This document shows positions 57,500 to 64,000 of a stretch of 64,000 nucleotides of DNA, one piece after another. The translations under genes and the position numbers were made by a program. How positions within the stretch are numbered: the first letter of the stretch is position 1; each line of letters starts with the position of its first letter. Below the pieces are notes generated by a model that ran no database searches, was not told the DNA's origin, and saw nothing but the letters and a program-made list of their open reading frames with translations. Location: the IMG/VR virus record IMGVR_UViG_3300037010_001227, positions 62,001-126,000 of that record. One strand, given 5' to 3'.

Positions 57500-57737
57500 T
57501 AAATTGAATTTTTTTTGAATTTTTTTTTTGAATTTTTTTTTGAATTTTTTTTTTATTGATTTTTTTTTAATTTTTTTATTACCATCTGGAAACCTTTTAG
57601 TTTCCTTTGGAAAATTTTTAGTTTTCTCTGGAAAATTTTTTAAAATTTTTTATTTACCCTCTGGAAACCTTTTAGTTTTCTCTGGAAAATTTTTTAAAAT
57701 TTTTTATTTACCCTCTGGAAAATTTTAAAAAATTTTT
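57500..57737. repeat. T-tract / AT-rich repeat zone (ttgaatttttt x4; ~50-bp ctctggaaa unit x2 plus partial copies)
   Basis: Direct reading of the sequence. Confidence 0.85.
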
Positions 57738-57794
57738 TGTTGAAAAACGAGTTCATGTGGTGCGAGGACAATTTGCCCAGTCATGAATCTTGCA

Positions 57795-58013
57795 TGGTAT
57801 CCCCATTGCATAACTACGGCAGTTTTTACCTGGAATTTTCTGCCGATTTCATCAAAATTCGTGCCAATTTGAGCGAATGCAACCTTTATGCCAAAATCCG
57901 CTGGAACGTTTTGATTACTTCAATAATCCTTGCAATGGCTCCAGGGTATCAAGTGAAGCAAGCAAGCGCGGCACGGCGAGCCTAGAGCATGGCGTGCTGC
58001 AAAGATCATGCCA
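57795..58013. promoter_or_regulatory. cluster of four sigma54-type -24/-12 motifs
   Basis: TGGTAT-CCCCA-TTGCA (+57795), TGGCAC-GAATT-TTGAT (-57866), TGGCAT-AAAGG-TTGCA (-57893), TGGCAT-GATCT-TTGCA (-58013). Confidence 0.6.
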
Positions 58014-58155
58014 AGGTGGCGTGATTACTTCAGTAATCCTTGTAATGGTTCCAAGGTATCAAGTGAAGCAAGCAAACGGAACACAAAGGAAAGCTGATTA
58101 CTTCAGTAATCCTTGTAATGGTTCCAAGGTATCAAGTGAAGCAAGCAAACGGAAC
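57912..58155. repeat. three ~57-61-bp direct repeats (tgattacttcagtaatccttgtaatggttccaaggtatcaagtgaagcaagcaa)
   Basis: Copies start at 57912, 58022 and 58095; internal GATTAC/GTAATC palindrome. Confidence 0.9.
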
Positions 58156-58234
58156 AAATATCACGTTCCAAAGTAACCAAGCTAACATGGGATAAGCTGG
58201 TTACTTAAACCATCCCAAACGAAAGGGGTCTATC

Positions 58235-58822
58235 ATGGCTCTTATCAAGACTGTCTCTCTCTGCGGGCTGACCTGCAACGTCGAAACCAACGACGACAAA
58301 GAGAAGGAAAGTGTTTCCTTCGTTTTCCCCGAACTGACTTTCGAGAAGGGGGTCAGGGGCTCGAAGGAAAAGGAAATCAAGACTGTTTCCATCGGCAAGC
58401 GCAGTTTCAATGCGGTGCTTGATCTTTTCGAGCTGGTGAAGGACCCCGCCAGCAGGGCCGCTATCTCCGATGGCAAGCTGAAGGAATTGAGCCCGGTTCT
58501 TTACAAGGCCGTGATCAATTCGGGGAATGATCCCGAAGAGTTTTACCTCTCTGCTGGCAGTATCATTGCAGAGATGGAATCTGAGGAAGAGAATCTTTCT
58601 GCAAGCAATCCCAACAACATTGCAGCCCGTGCCATTGCTTCCGTGTTTACCATGGAAGATACGGCGGAATCCTGCAATCCGCAGGATCTTCTCCAGAAGT
58701 TTATGGAGAAGCTGGACATGGCAGAAGTGAAGAAACTTCTGTCCAAGTTTGAGGAACTGGGACGGTTCGATGATGGGAGTCTCAGGACCCGCAAGCAGAA
58801 GGCAACCTCGAAGGCCGCGTAA
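58235..58822 (+). CDS. hypothetical protein with GC-rich codon usage
   Basis: SD AAGGGG; visibly higher GC3 than neighbouring genes. Confidence 0.75.
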   Translation: MALIKTVSLCGLTCNVETNDDKEKESVSFVFPELTFEKGVRGSKEKEIKTVSIGKRSFNAVLDLFELVKDPASRAAISDGKLKELSPVLYKAVINSGNDPEEFYLSAGSIIAEMESEEENLSASNPNNIAARAIASVFTMEDTAESCNPQDLLQKFMEKLDMAEVKKLLSKFEELGRFDDGSLRTRKQKATSKAA

Positions 58823-59003
58823 CACCTGGAGTAATAGCCGGGACTCAGTAATGGGTTCCGGCTATTGCTTTGTCTATTTTTAGGATGTTTGTTATGTAAC
58901 ATACATCCTGGTTTTAATTCATTAGATACATTCGCATTCTTAAAATACATCCAGGTATCTATACAGTATTAGATACACCGAGGTATTTTAACAATGTGGT
59001 TTT

Positions 59004-59242
59004 ATTAACCCCGGAGAAAATGTCATTAATTAATCCGGATTTTATTAAATATAGTAATATATACACTTACGATTTTTCATCGTAAACCAATTTAAAATAA
59101 TTTTCATTAACCCCGGAGAAAATGTCATTAATTAATCCGGATTTTATTAAATATAGTAATATATACACTTACGATTTTTCATCGTAAAACAATCCGGAAT
59201 AATTTTAATACATCCCGGAAAAATGTCATTAATTAATCCGAA
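59004..59242. repeat. two identical 83-bp direct repeats plus a partial third copy
   Basis: 59004-59086 = 59106-59188; internal ccgga/tccgg and ttacgat/atcgtaa inverted repeats. Confidence 0.9.
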
Positions 59243-59351
59243 TATCTATTAATAGCCCGATGATATATGCAGCTGAAGTTATGGCTGATATGTTATCGGG
59301 CTATTTTTGTATTGGATTTAATACTTACAATCAGAAATACAATTAAGATTT

Positions 59352-59414
59352 TGGTATGGAAATTGGATGTAATAAATAAATAAATACAATTAAGATTTTG
59401 GTATGGAAATTGCT
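59352..59414 (+). promoter_or_regulatory. tandem sigma54-type motifs upstream of the small-gene cassette array
   Basis: TGGTAT-GGAAA-TTGGA (59352) and TGGTAT-GGAAA-TTGCT (59399) inside a duplicated segment. Confidence 0.55.
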
Positions 59415-59569
59415 CGTGTTCATCCGATAATAAACACTCTACAATTTACTAAACTTGCTCATGAGTTTAGTAACTGTGATTATCGCCCATAAGCCAGAAA
59501 TTGCTATTAGTGATTCAGTTAGGGCACTGAATAAATCACTAACAATATACATACCTATGGAGGTATCAT

Positions 59570-60265
59570 ATGTCACTTGAACAACCCATCGTAGAAAGAG
59601 TAAAGAAACTCTTGGCATTATCTAAATCTTCCAATCCTGCTGAAGCTGAATTGGCAATGATGAAAGCCAATGAACTGATTCAGAAGTGGAATATTAACAT
59701 TATCGAACACCTGGATGAAAAAACTAACAAATGGACATTCCAGGTTCATGATAACGATGGGAAGGATAGTATATTTTATGGTAATAGATTGCAGGAATGG
59801 GAACTATTTCTTATGATGAAATTAGCTACCTACTGTGATGGTAAAATTGTGCAGTACGGTTATTCAGATACAACGCGGTATTGTTTCGTTGGTCTGGAAA
59901 CTGATGCTCAATTGTGCAAGATGCTATTCTGGGATATTAATAATCGTATTCGTAGTATCTTTAACAAAATGAAGAAGGCAATGCAGCTAAAAGATCGAAA
60001 TGCTTTTAGTCTTGGTGTTGTTCTTTCTCTTTGTAATCGAATGATTGAAGCAAAAAAAGTAATGCTTCAAACCCAGATTACTGAACGTGGTCTTATTACT
60101 ATTGACCATAAGAATAATGAATTTGCTGAATACTATTCTAATCTATCTAAGGGTTTTGTTAATTCCAATCATCGATTCAATCAAGAACGAGATTGGGATT
60201 CGTTTAAGGTTGGTACGAAGGTTGGTAATGATATGGAAATGTCCGTTGTTAATCCTACTGTTTAG
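59570..60265 (+). CDS. DUF2786-domain protein
   Basis: ERVKKLLALSKSSNPAEAELAMMKANELIQKWNI signature; ...VGLETDA... Confidence 0.8.
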   Translation: MSLEQPIVERVKKLLALSKSSNPAEAELAMMKANELIQKWNINIIEHLDEKTNKWTFQVHDNDGKDSIFYGNRLQEWELFLMMKLATYCDGKIVQYGYSDTTRYCFVGLETDAQLCKMLFWDINNRIRSIFNKMKKAMQLKDRNAFSLGVVLSLCNRMIEAKKVMLQTQITERGLITIDHKNNEFAEYYSNLSKGFVNSNHRFNQERDWDSFKVGTKVGNDMEMSVVNPTV

Positions 60266-60346
60266 TATTCTAGTCAGCACATTGTATTAGAATGTGCTGA
60301 ATAGTTTACTAATCCCGGTAAACTATATATCCTATGGAGGTATATC

Positions 60347-60424
60347 GTGAGTATTGAGATTTTGTTGGACGGTGAATGGGTTCTGTTGGTTTCGGAATCT
60401 GAACAAGAGTCACACCAGGGTTAA
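60347..60424 (+). CDS. 25-aa peptide (VSIEILLDGEWVLLVSESEQESHQG)
   Basis: GTG start 6 nt after GGAGG. Confidence 0.5.
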   Translation: MSIEILLDGEWVLLVSESEQESHQG

Positions 60425-60523
60425 ATCTGAAGCTAGTATTCTGGCTAACACATTCAGTTTAAATACTTGATGTGTTAGATAGTTTACTAATCACGGTAAA
60501 CTACACGTCCTATGGAGGACACG

Positions 60524-60853
60524 ATGTCAGCAAACCAGCAGGATATGTTCTACAGTATTCTCAGCGGTAGTGGATTTCTTACCACTACCCAAGCTGAAGA
60601 ATTGGCTGAAAAATGTGCCAATTCTGTTCAGCATTTCACGGATGACCAGGACCCGTTTCCTGTTCTTTACGAGGATAGGAATGTGGTTATCTATACCAAT
60701 GGGTCCAACGAAATCTTCATTAAGGAGAAGAACACACTCTCCGAAATGAGGATGAATTTCGACAACGGGATTCAGTTCACGGCCCAGGGTCACTACGTGG
60801 AACCATACTCCACCAATGGTTTAATTGGTTGGAGGGTGAAGAAGCGGAAGTAG
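60524..60853 (+). CDS. hypothetical protein
   Basis: Start moved downstream of the GGAGG SD; GC3-rich codons. Confidence 0.75.
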   Translation: MSANQQDMFYSILSGSGFLTTTQAEELAEKCANSVQHFTDDQDPFPVLYEDRNVVIYTNGSNEIFIKEKNTLSEMRMNFDNGIQFTAQGHYVEPYSTNGLIGWRVKKRK

Positions 60854-60928
60854 TAGTTCAGTCAACACATCATCTCAACTATTAAGATGATGTGTTGAAT
60901 CAACTACTATCCTATGGAGGATACCATA

Positions 60929-61120
60929 ATGTTTCTCTTAATTACCACTGTCTTTACCAAGAAACGAGTTATTAAACTTGTTGATAAAGTTGGTGAAAGC
61001 GGTAAAGAAACAAGTAATACATTGAAAGCATTTGGCTTTAAAGGGCCGGATGTGCATTCACTATTTGAAGGATATCCAGTAGAAGTAAGTAATAAGACAT
61101 TTTCATTACAGAAACAGTAG
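60929..61120 (+). CDS. hypothetical protein
   Basis: Start moved downstream of the GGAGG SD. Confidence 0.7.
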   Translation: MFLLITTVFTKKRVIKLVDKVGESGKETSNTLKAFGFKGPDVHSLFEGYPVEVSNKTFSLQKQ

Positions 61121-61192
61121 TAGCTCAGTCAACACATCCTCTTAATATAGATGATGTGTTGAATCAACTACTATCCTATGGAGGATATAACA

Positions 61193-61324
61193 ATGAGAAT
61201 ACAATTCATATGTGGTTGTGGAGTTCGCAACTACAATCTTGGAGATTGGCTCTGCCATTTTAAACAAAGTGGATTTTTGCGTGGAATGAGACACCTGTTA
61301 AAAACAAAGATTCAATTCAAGTAA
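61193..61324 (+). CDS. 43-aa Cys/His-containing peptide (MRIQFICGCG...)
   Basis: Hand translation; GGAGG SD. Confidence 0.65.
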   Translation: MRIQFICGCGVRNYNLGDWLCHFKQSGFLRGMRHLLKTKIQFK

Positions 61325-61341
61325 TATCCTATGGAGGATAT

Positions 61342-61494
61342 ATGTTAACTCTTTATCTAATCAGAGATATATACGGAACGGTGTTAGCTGCATGGAAAAT
61401 GGCTCTAACTACAGAGTCTATTTCTCCGAGTAAAAGAATCAAGGCCGCCGACGATCAGCTGATTGAATATGCAAAACAAGAGTCATATCAGTAA
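61342..61494 (+). CDS. 50-aa peptide (MLTLYLIRDIYG...)
   Basis: Hand translation; GGAGG SD. Confidence 0.65.
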   Translation: MLTLYLIRDIYGTVLAAWKMALTTESISPSKRIKAADDQLIEYAKQESYQ

Positions 61495-61540
61495 GTTAGT
61501 CAATAATTGTAACTCAAAGTTCTATATGAAAGGATAAGTC

Positions 61541-61690
61541 ATGAGTTTAGCTGACATTTGTTCTCAATGCTCAGATAGTCTTACTTGTTTAACAGCATAT
61601 ATAAAACCATGTGCTGTTTTATCACAAAACAACGCATCTCTGGAGACGTGTGATGACAATACAACGAATGTTCAGGATTTGGAACGTTAA
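61541..61690 (+). CDS. 49-aa Cys-rich peptide (MSLADICSQC...)
   Basis: Hand translation; AAGGA SD. Confidence 0.55.
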   Translation: MSLADICSQCSDSLTCLTAYIKPCAVLSQNNASLETCDDNTTNVQDLER

Positions 61691-61853
61691 TACTATTAAG
61701 GTTCCAGTTCATAGATTTCATAGATAGTCTTTCATCCTGGATATTCTAAATATATCCAGGCTAAAGGACTATTAATCCTATGGAGGGTTAAATGTAGAAA
61801 GTAAAACTTCTTTGTTACAATAGATGTATCTGATTTTTGGTAGTATTATTAAT

Positions 61854-61939
61854 GGCCCTATGGTGAAATTGGTAGACACAAAGCACTCAAAATGCTTCGC
61901 TCACAAAGCGTTTCGGTTCGAATCCGAATAGGGCCACCA
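61854..61939 (+). tRNA. tRNA-Leu(CAA)
   Basis: GGCCCTA/TAGGGCC, AAGCA-CTCAAAA-TGCTT, V-arm, A73, CCA. Confidence 0.95.
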
Positions 61940-62078
61940 ATTCTATTTAAACAACCACTGTTAATGCTGGTATAAGAATAGTCTTATACTGGTGTGTTTG
62001 TTGATCCTTGTAGTGAGAGAGTGTGGGAACACAACAAGACAGTGGTTATTTAAATAGAATTGCAGCATCTTCTATAAG

Positions 62079-62363
62079 ATGTATGAATGCAAAACAATGT
62101 TAAACACTTTCTATAACTACGCCAGGAAAGTGTTAGGAAGTATATTTGGCGTAGATAAACAATCATTCTATAGGTGTTCTATGAATTGCAGTAATTGTGG
62201 TTCTGAACTGATTTATAACGCTGGTTACGCATGGAATAGTAAGAAACTCTGTGAGGCTTGTTTTCACAATGAGTATTCGAGTGTGATTTCCCTTAAATTT
62301 AAAAGTAACCAGTGCCAGGATACATCCGACACGCTTGTACTGCAATCTGAGACTAGGAGATAA
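62079..62363 (+). CDS. Cys-rich hypothetical protein (CSNC...CEAC); start uncertain
   Basis: ORF track; Zn-ribbon Cys pairs. Confidence 0.5.
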   Translation: MYECKTMLNTFYNYARKVLGSIFGVDKQSFYRCSMNCSNCGSELIYNAGYAWNSKKLCEACFHNEYSSVISLKFKSNQCQDTSDTLVLQSETRR

Positions 62364-62486
62364 CCTAGTGTGATTGGAAGTTTTGAAACGGAGAATTATG
62401 CGAGCGACAATCACACATGCAGAGACTAACTGTAATCTGCGCTTGGTTGAAGTAAGAGTAAATGGGTTTCTACAGGAGAATAACTA

Positions 62487-62696
62487 ATGCCAAGAGGAAA
62501 CGAAAAGTTTAAACCCGTCTTAAAGTTTGCACTGGTTGTTGATCCTGACGGGAAAGAACCAGATATTGAAGTTTTTGATACCCTTAAAGAACGCTGTGCG
62601 TATGTTAATGTATTGAGGTCAATTGATACTCCATATATATTGTTTCCATCTCCTGCTGTTAGTTTTGAGATGGCTAATTATGAAGAGTTAGCTTAG
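62487..62696 (+). CDS. hypothetical protein
   Basis: SD AGGAG. Confidence 0.7.
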   Translation: MPRGNEKFKPVLKFALVVDPDGKEPDIEVFDTLKERCAYVNVLRSIDTPYILFPSPAVSFEMANYEELA

Positions 62697-62864
62697 TTCT
62701 TTAGCATCCAGATTCTTAATATCTGGATGATAAATAACTAACACAAAGAAGGTAAGCTAGTTAAATTAGCAAAAAGCAAAGAATAGAACCATCAACAGAA
62801 GTATTAGTTCTGAGATGGATTGGTTAGAGGATAATTACTACCCACCCACCATACGGAGGATAGA

Positions 62865-63221
62865 ATGCTCTATCTAGTAACAATTCCTATTCCTAATTCC
62901 TACGGGGATGGAGTTTTCGAGCAACCTTATTATTTCAGTGCTGACAAGTTTCCTTCTTGGGAGACAATCAAAACTGAAATTAAGAAGCTACATGAACGGG
63001 ATCTTAATTATCCTGAATATCGTGGTTGTCACGATCATGCACTATACACACTGAAAATGGCAGAAATGAAAAAGATTGAATTGCCGAGATTATGGGGCAA
63101 TCTCTGTCAATCTGCGGTTCCTTACGAACATGCGTGTGGTCATAGTTTTATTTCTGCAAGATCTATTCGACCTATTGTGGTCGAAGAACCTGTTGCAGAG
63201 ATGCAAATGTATTCTGTGTAA
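62865..63221 (+). CDS. hypothetical protein
   Basis: SD GGAGG. Confidence 0.75.
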   Translation: MLYLVTIPIPNSYGDGVFEQPYYFSADKFPSWETIKTEIKKLHERDLNYPEYRGCHDHALYTLKMAEMKKIELPRLWGNLCQSAVPYEHACGHSFISARSIRPIVVEEPVAEMQMYSV

Positions 63222-63318
63222 ACAGGATATTCCACATAGTAGTTGTGATAACAACTGATACAGATTATTCAGCACATTCTCTTAGGATGATGTGCTGTAT
63301 TAATTTGTAGGAGGATGT

Positions 63319-63465
63319 ATGGACGTTCTCGTTATCTACCGTATATTGACTGACTTTAGGCAACTACAATTAGACATTCTGGAGGTAGAAGTAACAGATG
63401 TTAAAGCTGAATTTAATGAAAGAAAAGAACAGTTAAAGAAACGGCATCCACAACAAGAAGAATAG
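63319..63465 (+). CDS. 48-aa peptide (MDVLVIYRILTDF...)
   Basis: Hand translation; SD AGGAGG after a cassette stem-loop. Confidence 0.65.
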   Translation: MDVLVIYRILTDFRQLQLDILEVEVTDVKAEFNERKEQLKKRHPQQEE

Positions 63466-63474
63466 GAGGCAGTT

Positions 63475-63738
63475 ATGAAACTGCATATCTATCAAATCGA
63501 CAAGAAAGAATACACCAGAGATTTAGTTGCACTTCTTACAGTATCCTTGAGGATCATGTTTAATGATTCTCTTGAACTGGAAGAAGTAACTAAGACTTGC
63601 ATTACCGCTACAATCAAACACCTTGGTTTTCAAGAAGAGGATGAGTATTATCTTACTGAGATGTTAAGCAATGTAACTGGAACTGATAACCTGACATTGA
63701 TCTTAACAGAACAGACTGAGGAACAACATGTGGCATAG
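63475..63738 (+). CDS. hypothetical protein
   Basis: SD AGGAGG. Confidence 0.75.
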   Translation: MKLHIYQIDKKEYTRDLVALLTVSLRIMFNDSLELEEVTKTCITATIKHLGFQEEDEYYLTEMLSNVTGTDNLTLILTEQTEEQHVA

Positions 63739-63864
63739 AAACCCAAATGTTTATAGAAAGGAACCTTATTGGTATTGTAATCCTACCTTTAGAGTATCCT
63801 TTCTACTCTCTACACTAAGCATATTAACGTTCTTTGGAATGTATTTATTACTGCGGTAACCAAT

Positions 63865-63941
63865 GGACCCTTAGCTCAGTTGGTTAGAGCATTTCCCTTT
63901 TAAGGAAGTGGTCATCGGTTCAAATCCGATAGGGTCCACCA
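63865..63941 (+). tRNA. tRNA-Lys(TTT), second copy
   Basis: GGACCCT/AGGGTCC, TTTCC-CTTTTAA-GGAAG, A73, CCA. Confidence 0.95.
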
Positions 63942-63964
63942 ACTCTTTCTTTCAGGAGGATGTT

Positions 63965-64000
63965 ATGAAACGTCTACTTGGACACGAAACACGAGAAACT
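63965..64000 (+). CDS. 5' end of an ORF running off the window
   Basis: SD GGAGG then ATG AAA CGT... Confidence 0.5.
   Translation, partial: MKRLLGHETRET

Larger units (their letters stand above)
59505..63320 (+). repeat. dispersed cassette-leader repeats: long stem-loops plus CCTATGGAGG SD hairpins
   Basis: CCTATGGAGG at 59554, 60331, 60509, 60911, 61175, 61328, 61777; ca(a/g)cacat/atgtg(t/c)tg stems at 60275, 60445, 60862, 61129, 63270. Confidence 0.85.

Noticed and set aside
57912-58155. CRISPR mini-array
   Set aside because: Repeats are about 60 bp with very unequal gaps (about 53 and about 10 nt), outside CRISPR geometry.
57528-58176. ORFs 57528-57728, 57737-57985, 57877-58176
   Set aside because: Low-complexity translations of the T-tract and repeat region.
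58205-58825. 206-aa antisense ORF (and the 135-aa ORF 58543-58950)
   Set aside because: Shadow of the GC3-rich plus-strand gene, which has the SD and a protein-like composition.
1-64000. Genome-wide TAG reassignment (code 15)
   Set aside because: Long conserved genes have no in-frame TAG, and TAG ends genes just before terminators or cassette hairpins.

Overview
This is an AT-rich, gene-dense fragment of a large tailed dsDNA phage, probably T4-like or jumbo class. It uses genetic code 11, and the host is probably Gram-negative (inferred). Layout: (1) 1-9.6 kb, minus strand: an array of 15 tRNA or tRNA-like genes interleaved with a GT4 glycosyltransferase, a PTH2-like peptidyl-tRNA hydrolase, a lytic transglycosylase and decayed HNH endonucleases, then RecA/UvsX and a gp32-like SSB. 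(2) A 5x37-bp tandem repeat at the strand switch. (3) 10-50 kb: replication, recombination and virion genes. These include a 5'-3' exonuclease plus a likely dead paralog, primase, a Cas4-like nuclease, intein-containing class II RNR, a Tad2-like DUF2829 protein, gp25, SbcCD, RusA, dUTPase, a gp5-M23-SLT hub, ligase and a GH19 endolysin. (4) 50-57 kb: an Ig-repeat protein with a decayed pectate-lyase tail, then an eroding accessory zone. (5) 57.4-59.5 kb: a repeat-rich, largely non-coding region with clustered sigma54-type motifs. (6) 59.5-64 kb: small-gene cassettes, each led by repeated stem-loops and an SD-containing hairpin, plus 2 more tRNAs. The best candidate new system is a set of three leader-peptide attenuators inside the tRNA array. 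Their base-pairing logic would turn on phage tRNAs and peptidyl-tRNA hydrolase when translation is impaired. The array also holds non-canonical tRNAs: V-arm Thr and Asn, A34 anticodons and an amber suppressor. All folds and family calls were made by eye, with no database searches.
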